The notes under the pieces were generated by a model. The model was not told the DNA's origin and made no database searches. It saw only the letters and a list, made by a program, of their open reading frames with translations. The position numbers and the translations under genes were made by a program. Positions 47,746 to 55,939 of a stretch of 64,000 bases of DNA are shown in pieces; the first letter of the stretch is position 1; each line of letters begins with the position of its first letter. This DNA is from Candidatus Micrarchaeota archaeon (GTDB lineage: Archaea > Micrarchaeota > Micrarchaeia > Anstonellales > Anstonellaceae). The DNA lies in assembly GCA_964581105.1 (NCBI GenBank), contig CAZOMB010000003.1:4421-68420 (forward strand). The letters run 5' to 3'.

Positions 47746-48062
47746 TCCAAGTCGTACTTTTTCTTTATTCCGCCCTCAGGGTGGTCAACAGCGTCCTTAA
47801 GCTGGGAAATCAAAAATTTCATCAAACTCTTGGCCTCCTCACTGTTTACAAACAGATTTGAGCGCCAGCTCCACTGGGCGGCTATTTTGCTCTTGTCTCC
47901 ATCCTTGCCAATCTCATACCCGCTTGCAACAACCATAAGATATGGCCTTCCTTTCATGCCATCCAAAAACTCTCCATGGACCTTTTCCATTAGCTTTGGA
48001 AGCTTGTCCTCGTCTGGAAACTTCTTTTTTTCCTCTTTTTCCTTGTTTTTCTTGTCAGCCAT
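47742..48062 (-). CDS. Hypothetical protein
   Basis: GGGGG upstream of ATG 48062 (MADKKNK). Confidence 0.6.
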   Translation of the reverse strand: MADKKNKEKEEKKKFPDEDKLPKLMEKVHGEFLDGMKGRPYLMVVASGYEIGKDGDKSKIAAQWSWRSNLFVNSEEAKSLMKFLISQLKDAVDHPEGGIKKKYDLD

Positions 48063-48190
48063 GCAAATCCCCCTTATAAACTCTTGTATATTTTTGGGCA
48101 TAATAAAGTTAAATTGCTTTGCAAAGCGCCCACCCCTTAAGCAGAGCACAAGCCTTTTAAAGTGTTGTGGTAATATAAAAACAATAGTGG

Positions 48191-51100
48191 GTGTTATTAG
48201 TGGCGAATAGTGATATCGAGATAACCAAATTTCCTTCTGTTAGTGAAATTAAGGAAGCCCATACTCCATTATGGGATGACCTTATTGACACGTTAAGGGC
48301 AATAGGAAAAAGGGAAGAGGCGCTGAGGGAAAGGGCAAGGTTCGAGGCTTTGGTGCAAAATGAGCAGGACATGTTTGCCAAAGAAAAATACCATGGGAAA
48401 ATAGCAGAGCAGGACAGGCAAATTTCCAACCTTAATCAATTTATGAAAGACATTGGCTATGTCAACCCTTCAACATATGAAAAGGACCTTAAAGCTGTTG
48501 ATGAGGCAATAAAAAAGGCAAATAAATCATATTCAAAGTCATTGGAAAGCCATGCAGACGAGCAACTTAGGGAAATCAGAAGGCTTGAAATTAATGAAAC
48601 ACTAAGAGACACGCCGGACCTGTTCCTGGATACAGTAAAAAAAGTAAACAAAAGAGATCAAATTCAGGAACGAAAGATATGGGAGATAATAAATGGCATA
48701 GAGGCGAGAAAGCCCTCCGCGCGAGATGCTTCCTCAGAGGCTGAAGAGAAATTTGAAAGAGTGAGAAAAGCCCTATTGAAGTTTGTTGAAAGTGACGAGT
48801 ACCTTTACCTGCCGCATGGAGTAAGGCAGGAGCAGCGTAGGAAAATCATAGCCGATGCTCTTGAGGTTGCCCCTAAAGATGTAAAGGAATACAAGGAGAA
48901 GACAGAGGAGCCTGTTGAGAAAGAGATTGAGGCAAAGCTGACTCCAGCACAAAAAATGGAAAAGATTGGCGAGGCAGCAAAGCGCATGAAAGAGACGATA
49001 GCAGACAAGGCAAAGGAGTTCATAGAAGTAAAAGAGAAAATAGCAGCTATTGAGGAAGGCATAACTGCTGTAGAGAAAAACAATGAATCTATTCAAGGAT
49101 CAAGCAACAGAGTCAAAGAAAATATGGACAGTCTTAAAAGAATGATTATACATTTAGATCCAAACGCACAAAAACTCATCGATGAAAATAACAATTTAGA
49201 CATCAAATCTGCCAGTCTTCAAGCTCAAAATGAGAAAATCCTTGCGAAATTTATGGTAAAAAGCCTAGACGGACTTGTTGCAAAAAAGAAAAAACTGGAA
49301 AAAAGGCGCAAGCTCCTCAACAAGTTCTTTGTCAAAAACAAAAAGCCGATAAAACAGTTCCTATCATTGGTCATTAAGGAAAAAGAGAATCTGAGAGAAG
49401 AAGAGCACAAGTTCGAACATGAGAAGAGAAAGCTTGAGGTTTCAAAAATCGCTGAAAGGCGCAAGACATGGTTTAATAAAAATGCTGGAAAAGGCAAGGA
49501 GAAAGAAGTAAAAACACGCAAAGGAGACACTGTGGACAAAACAACCGAAACCATTCTGACACCTGAAGTAACTAAGACCAGTAAAAAGAGAGAAAAAACA
49601 AAGAAAAAGACTGGCAAAGGCAAAGAAACAGGCAAAGAGGTTATCGAACTTAGCTGGACAACAACACCATTTATTCAGATCCCTGAACTCACTGAAACTA
49701 AAGGCAAAACGCAAATCACAAAAGAGCAGGAAATCAGAGAAGAAGAAAGAAAGAATGCGCTAAAGGAGCGTCTTCTTTACCTTGACAAAATAAAAAAGGA
49801 AGAAAAGTCTAAAAAAGAGAAGAAAGAGGAAGAAAAAGTTGAGGTTCACAAAAAGGAGGTTGTTGTGCCTAAGCGCAAGGAGAAAATCGAAGATAAGGAC
49901 AAGGGAAAAGTGCCAGTCGAGGTTGATTATGAAGAGATTGGCAACAAGAAAAAGAAAAAAGAAAAAAATAAAGGCGAAGAAAAAGTATCAACAAAAGAAG
50001 TAGATGGCAAAAAGGCGATTTCTGAAGTGCTTGCGCAAATCAGAGCCGACAAAGTGGATGAGTTTGCAAAGCTTCTCAGGGCAAAGGAGAAGTTCAGGAA
50101 CAGGTTCAAAAAGAAATGGATAAGAAAGCTTCTCCTGGTCAAAAAGGATAATAAAATACTTGAAAAAGAGAACTACAAAAAGGCAAAGGCTGATTTTGTT
50201 GCCCTTGTTAATAATTCTGACAGCAAAAGTGATCTTTCAGTGCAATTAAATCAAAGCCTAAACAGACTCAAAGAAAAGAGCTTTAGCATTGACAAGCTCC
50301 TAAGGTTGCTAAGAAAGCCAAAGGTGGCAACAGGAAGGCTCGCAATAGGCATTGGCCTGGCTGCATTTGGGATTGCAACAGGGGGCGCACTGCCCTTTGC
50401 ATTGGGGGCAGGGGCAATTGCCATTGGAGCAATCGGCAGGTTTGTAACAGTGCAGGCTGCCTGGGACAAAATCCATTACAGAATAGGCATAAGCAAGAAC
50501 AAAGATGCAGAACACAAGATTGCTGCTCACATAATGCACAACAGCCAGTCAAAGAGATTTGCACAAGACGCAGAGAAATTGAAAGAGGTTAGCGGAGAGA
50601 AAATTGCAGATTCTCTTCTTGACTATGCTCATAAGCTTGGGAAAAACAGGGTAATGAAAAATACTTTTTCAGCTCTTGCAGGTGCAACAGCAGCTCTGTT
50701 CCCAGCCCTTGGAGTAAGAATATCCGACATGTTTGGTGTTGAGAGCACAACAAGCACAACAAAGCTTGGCATTACTGACCAGTCTCCTGGCACTACGAAA
50801 ACAGTTCCTCCGGGAATAACAAGTGAGCAAGTATACACAGTTCCAAAGGGAGGCGGCATATGGCACATTTCTGAGGATATAGCAGAAAAGCAGGTTCCTG
50901 GCTTTGAAAACCTTTCAAAAGGCGACAAAAACATTGTCATTGATGCAATAAAGGATTATATAGTTGACAACCCTGGAAAAATGGGCTTGGAGGACAGTGA
51001 AATAATCCCAAGGCCTGTGAGCAAAGGAGGTCCATGGCTCACTGAGGGAGCTGACGTTAATTTCGTGCCAAAAGAGCACCTTCAGGGCATTGGAAAGCAC

Positions 51101-51406
51101 ATTCCAAAGTCAATATTAGGCAAGCTTGGCTTGACTGATAAATTCAATTTCACTAATGGCACGCTCAGCCAAAAAACATCAGAACTTATTGGCAAGGTTG
51201 GCAAAAAGACTGCTGCTCTGTTTGGCAATACCAGCATAGGCACTGCTGACACGCTTGGCACTGACGCAGCAATAGGAACAAAGACTGTTGTTGGCACAAG
51301 TGACACTGGCGGCGGCAATATCAGGAGCTTCATGAAGAAAGTCACATCAAAAGTAAGCAAAGTAATAACTGGGCCAAGAACACCAATACAGCCAATAGGA
51401 CAATAA
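48191..51406 (+). CDS. Large coiled-coil, K/E-rich membrane protein with a LysM-like motif
   Basis: 1071 aa; long coiled coils, Gly/Ala TM hairpin, YTVPKGGGIWHIS. Confidence 0.75.
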   Translation: MLLVANSDIEITKFPSVSEIKEAHTPLWDDLIDTLRAIGKREEALRERARFEALVQNEQDMFAKEKYHGKIAEQDRQISNLNQFMKDIGYVNPSTYEKDLKAVDEAIKKANKSYSKSLESHADEQLREIRRLEINETLRDTPDLFLDTVKKVNKRDQIQERKIWEIINGIEARKPSARDASSEAEEKFERVRKALLKFVESDEYLYLPHGVRQEQRRKIIADALEVAPKDVKEYKEKTEEPVEKEIEAKLTPAQKMEKIGEAAKRMKETIADKAKEFIEVKEKIAAIEEGITAVEKNNESIQGSSNRVKENMDSLKRMIIHLDPNAQKLIDENNNLDIKSASLQAQNEKILAKFMVKSLDGLVAKKKKLEKRRKLLNKFFVKNKKPIKQFLSLVIKEKENLREEEHKFEHEKRKLEVSKIAERRKTWFNKNAGKGKEKEVKTRKGDTVDKTTETILTPEVTKTSKKREKTKKKTGKGKETGKEVIELSWTTTPFIQIPELTETKGKTQITKEQEIREEERKNALKERLLYLDKIKKEEKSKKEKKEEEKVEVHKKEVVVPKRKEKIEDKDKGKVPVEVDYEEIGNKKKKKEKNKGEEKVSTKEVDGKKAISEVLAQIRADKVDEFAKLLRAKEKFRNRFKKKWIRKLLLVKKDNKILEKENYKKAKADFVALVNNSDSKSDLSVQLNQSLNRLKEKSFSIDKLLRLLRKPKVATGRLAIGIGLAAFGIATGGALPFALGAGAIAIGAIGRFVTVQAAWDKIHYRIGISKNKDAEHKIAAHIMHNSQSKRFAQDAEKLKEVSGEKIADSLLDYAHKLGKNRVMKNTFSALAGATAALFPALGVRISDMFGVESTTSTTKLGITDQSPGTTKTVPPGITSEQVYTVPKGGGIWHISEDIAEKQVPGFENLSKGDKNIVIDAIKDYIVDNPGKMGLEDSEIIPRPVSKGGPWLTEGADVNFVPKEHLQGIGKHIPKSILGKLGLTDKFNFTNGTLSQKTSELIGKVGKKTAALFGNTSIGTADTLGTDAAIGTKTVVGTSDTGGGNIRSFMKKVTSKVSKVITGPRTPIQPIGQ

Positions 51407-51469
51407 GAAAATACGCCCCGGGGATCTGAGTGAACTTTGTTCACTTCTCCCCCTGGCTCCGCTTCGCTA

Positions 51470-51567
51470 CGCCCCGGGGAGGACTTGAACCTCCGACCTA
51501 TGGATTTCTGCTCTCCTTTTGAGAAAAGCTAACAGTCCATCGCTCTAACCAACTGAGCTACCGAGGC
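51470..51567 (-). tRNA. tRNA-Asn(GUU) with a 24-nt 37/38 intron (51506-51529)
   Basis: Acceptor GCCUCGG/CCGGGGC; anticodon at 51531-51533; BHB CUGU/GCAG. Confidence 0.93.
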
Positions 51568-51654
51568 TTATTGTCCATTTTCTGCGGAAAATGAACATCC
51601 GGTGAAACCTGTGGGTTCCACCAGCTGTCCAAAACAGCGAAGCTGTTTTGTCCA

Positions 51655-51855
51655 TGCCACAGGCCGGATTTTCAGATGTTACTGTCTCCCTTGACGGAGG
51701 AAGTAACGTAGAAACCCACCTTATGAAAACCAAAGGGGTTTCTCGTTTGAACCGGCAACACATCGGTTCCAAAACCGCCGGCGGGTTTTGGAGAATCCCG
51801 CATCCCTGCCAACGGTCCTTCAGCCGATTGCTCTCCCAGGTTGAGCTACTGTGGC
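51655..51855 (-). tRNA. tRNA-Phe(GAA) with introns at 37/38 (51768-51817, 50 nt) and 59/60 (51669-51745, 77 nt)
   Basis: Acceptor GCCACAG/CUGUGGC; anticodon at 51819-51821; T-loop BHB UUCA/UGAA. Confidence 0.9.
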
Positions 51856-51905
51856 TCTAAGACATGTTCTGCTGAAAAACGTTAATAAATGCATTGAAAA
51901 GGAAA

Positions 51906-52997
51906 CTAGCCAATTACCGTTTCAATGACCTCTTCATGAGGCGCATCTGTCCTTATTGCAGTTGCACAAAAATGAGTCCTTGTTGCCAAAAATCCTGCTT
52001 TTCTTAGGTTTTCAAGTACATCATCAATTCTTTTTATTGGCTTTTTCATTTTCTTTGCAAGCACATGAAGGTCATAATATGCATAAGAATTGATTTTGCT
52101 CTCTGAAAGCATGGTGCTCAGCAGCTTTTCTATTTCCTTTTTCTTTTTGTAGTGCCTTTTGACATTTTCTTGCAGCATTTTTCCTATTATTTTGCTGTCC
52201 CAGAGCGGACCAGTATAAAGTGGCCCTGCAAAAAGCAGGGAATTTCCACAATATGGGCAATCCCTTGCTTTGGGAAGCCTTTTTGCCTCCCTAAAGCAGC
52301 ATTTTGTGCAATAGCCCAAAAAGCTAAGAGACTTTACTGACAAAACCGCCTTTTCAGAGCCTTTTGAAATTTCAAATATTATTTTCACATAATGCCTGTG
52401 AGATAAGGTGAAAATGGGCTTTGCAGACAAATTGAACGGCGAAAACTCCTGGATGACTTTTGCTGCCAATATCCTGACGGCATTTTCATGGCAAAACTCA
52501 TTGTCAAGAGGGATTGAGCAATAATTTTTCAGGCACGCAGAATGGTGGGCCCCGCAAAGAACAGCCATGTCTGTTGCTGTCACTGACAAATAGCCTTTCT
52601 TTTTTGCTCTGAAGGAGTGGGCAGCATAATGGAGATATGGCACAGGAGAGCCAAATGGGTCTATTTCAACAAAGTCAAACCTGTTTTCAAGCAAAAAGCG
52701 CTTTGCATCTGCTTTTATGCACTTGCATTTCACTTTATTTTTCTTTGCATTTTTCCTTGCGCACAAAACAGCTTTTTTGCTCATGTCAACCAATGTAAGT
52801 GGGCCAAGCTTGTTTTCCTTTTTGTAGCGTATTCCCCTCACTCCTGTTGCGCACATTGCATCAAGCAAAGAGGGTTTTCCCCCAATCGCCATGACACAAA
52901 GGCTGCAAATGTCCCTGCAAAGCTCCATTTCAGGGTTGTAAAACACTCCTTCTGGAATGCTCAGTAATGCCTTGCCCTCAGAGGCTGTTTTTCCCAT
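51906..52997 (-). CDS. trm1: tRNA (guanine26-N2)-dimethyltransferase
   Basis: VFYNP.M..CRD, ATGVRGIRY, IDPFGSP, TATD, Zn-finger CxxC pairs. Confidence 0.93.
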   Translation of the reverse strand: MGKTASEGKALLSIPEGVFYNPEMELCRDICSLCVMAIGGKPSLLDAMCATGVRGIRYKKENKLGPLTLVDMSKKAVLCARKNAKKNKVKCKCIKADAKRFLLENRFDFVEIDPFGSPVPYLHYAAHSFRAKKKGYLSVTATDMAVLCGAHHSACLKNYCSIPLDNEFCHENAVRILAAKVIQEFSPFNLSAKPIFTLSHRHYVKIIFEISKGSEKAVLSVKSLSFLGYCTKCCFREAKRLPKARDCPYCGNSLLFAGPLYTGPLWDSKIIGKMLQENVKRHYKKKKEIEKLLSTMLSESKINSYAYYDLHVLAKKMKKPIKRIDDVLENLRKAGFLATRTHFCATAIRTDAPHEEVIETVIG

Positions 52998-53047
52998 AGT
53001 GTTGTTTTTGGATAAAGGGATAAAAAACATGCCTGTGTGTGCTTTTC

Positions 53048-54289
53048 ATGGAAAAGGAGGTGCGCCGCTCAATAATTTCTGGAAGGGTTGATGCTCCGGC
53101 GTCAGCTGCAATGGCACACAGGGCAATAATTGCAGCATGTTTTTCGCCAGGAGCCTCATTGGTATCAGGGATTCCTGATTCAGAGGACATACAGGCAACA
53201 ATAGGCGCATGTGAAGCCATTGGAGCAGATATTGTCACAGATAAAGGGGTTGCTGACATATTTGGGCCTGAAATGCTTTTGGCACCTAATGAAATTGACT
53301 GCAAAAAGAGCAATACCACTTTAAAGCTGTTTTTGCCAATTTGCTCGCTTTTTGACAGCCCTTCTAAGCTTTCTGGCTCAGGCAGGCTTTCAAGGAAAAT
53401 GCTTCGGCCATTTTCAGAATACCTTAATGGGCTTGCTGTTTCTTCTTCAGACTCAAACGGCTTTTTACCAATCAAAGTAAAGGGGCCTCTTGTTGCAGAC
53501 AATATTGTTTACTTTTCAGGCTTAGGCACACAGTTTCTCTCAGGGTTTCTTTTGTCAGCCCCAATGAGAATGCAGGACACTGCAATAGTCATTGAAGGAA
53601 AAACCCGAGGCATGGGATATATTGACAAGACTATAGACATGATGGAAAAATGCGGGGTTGAATTTTTCTCAAAAAAGCAGGGAATGATTTATTTGGCAGG
53701 AAGGCAGGGCTTCCTTTCGCCAGAAGAGCTTCAAGTGCCTGCAAGCCCATATTTATCCTCATTCCTTCTTCTTGCAGGTGCAGTTGGAGGAAAAGTGATT
53801 GTTGAAAAAATGCCAAAATACAGCAGGCTTGAAAAGCTGCTCAGCAAATTCGGGGCGCATGCAAAGTTTTCTGAGGGCAATTTCACTGCATCTGCAGGAG
53901 TTCTTGAGGGAACAGAGCTTAATGCAAATGAGCTTGACGAGCTTTTGGTTCATGCAATGGTTTTAGCAAGCCTTTCAACGAAAGAAACAAAGCTTTTGGG
54001 AATAAGCTCACTTGGGAAAAGGCAGTCAAACAGGATGAGGCTTATGGCAAGGGAGCTTTCAAGAATGGGCGCAAAAGTAAAAGAAGCCCCTGGCTCTCTT
54101 TTGGTATCTGGTGGAAACCTTCAGGGGGCAGAAATTGAGCCTGAAAACGATCCTGCTGTTGCAATGGCCTGCTCAGCTGCTGCTGTTTGTGCCAGCGGTT
54201 TTACAAAAATAAAAGGGGCAGAGATTGTCAGCCGCTCATTTCCTGGCTTCTTCAGGAATTTGGCTATGCTAGGGGCAATAGTACGATAA
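53048..54289 (+). CDS. EPSP synthase (AroA)-fold protein with a degenerate active site
   Basis: Collinear with AroA along its length, but the catalytic motifs are altered (see findings). Confidence 0.8.
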   Translation: MEKEVRRSIISGRVDAPASAAMAHRAIIAACFSPGASLVSGIPDSEDIQATIGACEAIGADIVTDKGVADIFGPEMLLAPNEIDCKKSNTTLKLFLPICSLFDSPSKLSGSGRLSRKMLRPFSEYLNGLAVSSSDSNGFLPIKVKGPLVADNIVYFSGLGTQFLSGFLLSAPMRMQDTAIVIEGKTRGMGYIDKTIDMMEKCGVEFFSKKQGMIYLAGRQGFLSPEELQVPASPYLSSFLLLAGAVGGKVIVEKMPKYSRLEKLLSKFGAHAKFSEGNFTASAGVLEGTELNANELDELLVHAMVLASLSTKETKLLGISSLGKRQSNRMRLMARELSRMGAKVKEAPGSLLVSGGNLQGAEIEPENDPAVAMACSAAAVCASGFTKIKGAEIVSRSFPGFFRNLAMLGAIVR

Positions 54290-54300
54290 AGAATAGGAAG

Positions 54301-54444
54301 CTAAAGCTCGCCAACCCTTCTCTTAACCTTTCTTTTCAGCCTTTTGCGCCTTTTTTTGAGCCATTTCCAGCGCATTCTCCCCTTCTTTTTGTGGGTCCAA
54401 AGCCAAAGCGTTCAGACTTTCCACTTTCGGGGACGAGCACCCAT
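54301..54444 (-). CDS. rpl41e: Ribosomal protein eL41 (L41e/eS32), split by a 30-nt intron: join(complement 54419-54444, 54301-54388)
   Basis: Spliced 37 aa MGARPRKWKKKGRMRWKWLKKRRKRLKRKVKRRVGEL; SD AAGGTGA 6 nt upstream of ATG 54444. Confidence 0.85.
54389..54418 (-). other. BHB intron in eL41 mRNA (30 nt, in-frame UGA)
   Basis: Central helix GUGG/CCAC; bulges AA|A and AA|A; intron stem GUCUGAA/UUUGGAC. Confidence 0.8.
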
Positions 54445-54496
54445 GTCATATCACCTTGTTATTGCGTGTTTATTGCCCAATACCAATAAAAAGCCA

Positions 54497-54730
54497 TCAT
54501 TTGTTTCCTGCCTTCAGGTAAGCGTCAATAAGCCCATGCGCATAGTTGATGCACCCAAAAGCAGTCACAAAATCCTTTTTCTCAAGGAAGTACTTGGTAT
54601 CCTCGCAGTATTTTTTTGCCAATTCTATTACTGTGGAGTTTTCAGGGGTTAGTTTCACTTTTTTTACATTGGCATAAAACTGCTTTATGTCGCTTTGTAT
54701 CCTCTCTTTTTCGCTTTTTTTTGCAATCAC
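54497..54730 (-). CDS. DUF357 protein
   Basis: AKKYCEDTKYFLEKKDFVTAFGCINYAHGLIDA. Confidence 0.9.
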   Translation of the reverse strand: MIAKKSEKERIQSDIKQFYANVKKVKLTPENSTVIELAKKYCEDTKYFLEKKDFVTAFGCINYAHGLIDAYLKAGNK

Positions 54731-54731
54731 T

Positions 54732-55307
54732 TTAACCCCTTTCCATGTAACGGGCCCTTTTTTCTATGCTTTGCGCCTGCTTTGCTATTGCTTTGCTCCC
54801 TCCCTTCCTTGCATATGCATTGATGAACCTTTGGCCATAAGCGCCAAGCGCCTTTTTCATTGTTACCAGGTCAGTTGCCTTGTCCTCAAAGCCAAAAGAA
54901 ACATAGCCAAGCCCAAAGTCAATTACAGCCATTCCCTGGGAAGTGAGCATCAAATTTGCAGGTGTATAATCCCCATGTATTATGTCCTGGGAATGAAGCT
55001 TAACAAGTATTGAGGCTGCCTCAGCTATCTCCTTTGCCCTTATTTTCCTTTTTTCAAGTTCCTTGTGCAGCATTTTGCCCGGCAAATATTTCATTATTAT
55101 TGAAAAATCATTTACCTGATAAACAACAGGGCACAATACTTTGGACAGCTTTGCCCTGCAAAGAAGCCTTGCCTCCCTTTTGGTCCTGCCACTCCTTATC
55201 ATTGTGTCAAGCGGCTTTTGCCTGTATTTTTTGCTTATCCTTTGCTTTTCAACTGCAGCAAGGCCAAGCACAGATATTTTCCTGAGCACAGCTTCAGCGC
55301 CTTTCAT
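54732..55307 (-). CDS. bud32: KEOPS kinase Bud32
   Basis: GAEA, K.RISK.YR, RTKREAR, IIHGDYTPAN, IDFGL, RARY. Confidence 0.92.
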   Translation of the reverse strand: MKGAEAVLRKISVLGLAAVEKQRISKKYRQKPLDTMIRSGRTKREARLLCRAKLSKVLCPVVYQVNDFSIIMKYLPGKMLHKELEKRKIRAKEIAEAASILVKLHSQDIIHGDYTPANLMLTSQGMAVIDFGLGYVSFGFEDKATDLVTMKKALGAYGQRFINAYARKGGSKAIAKQAQSIEKRARYMERG

Positions 55308-55924
55308 CCTATCCCCACAAAGCCAAGCCCAAGGAATGAGAATGCAAAGCTTGCAAGCCAAACTTTCCAGTCCCAGGCAATCACCTTGCTTCCGTCAAGA
55401 GGGAAGATGGGCAAAAGGTTGAACAGTGCAAGGAACATGTTTGCCATTGCCCCCAGCCTTGCCACTTGCGTGATTATCACACTGCCAGGAAAAGAAATTG
55501 AAATGAACAGGAAAATAAATGACAAAACCCAGTTCATGGCTGGGCCTGCCAAAGAAATAATGCCGTTTTGCCTTCTTGTTATCCCTCTCACTGCATATAT
55601 GTAAACAGCGCCTGGGGCAAGCAGGATAGGTGCCCTCCAGCCAAATATCTGTGGCACTATTGCCAATGCAAGCCCTGCTGCAAGCCCTAATGGCCATGCC
55701 TTAAAGTGCGCCCTTGCCCCATAATTGATTGCAACATACTTGTGCGCAAGCTCATGCAGCACAAACCCGCTCCCTATTGTAATAGTAAATGATGCCATAA
55801 GAAATATGAAAAGCGACGGCTCGATATTCAGCCCTGAGTTCCAGAATGAGAGGGCAAGGGAGATTGCCAGTATTGACACTATCATGTCAAATGCCTCATT
55901 CTTGTCTATTCGCATGCTCACCAT
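55304..55924 (-). CDS. Site-2 protease (M50) family metalloprotease
   Basis: HELAH, AGP, FNLLPIFPLDG. Confidence 0.92.
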   Translation of the reverse strand: MVSMRIDKNEAFDMIVSILAISLALSFWNSGLNIEPSLFIFLMASFTITIGSGFVLHELAHKYVAINYGARAHFKAWPLGLAAGLALAIVPQIFGWRAPILLAPGAVYIYAVRGITRRQNGIISLAGPAMNWVLSFIFLFISISFPGSVIITQVARLGAMANMFLALFNLLPIFPLDGSKVIAWDWKVWLASFAFSFLGLGFVGIG

Positions 55925-55939
55925 GAAAAAACACCTTGT

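Noticed and set aside
51545..51860. ORFs, or an SRP RNA, in this GC-rich structured region
   Set aside because: Fully explained by two-intron tRNA-Phe plus spacer; no SRP helix-8 motif seen
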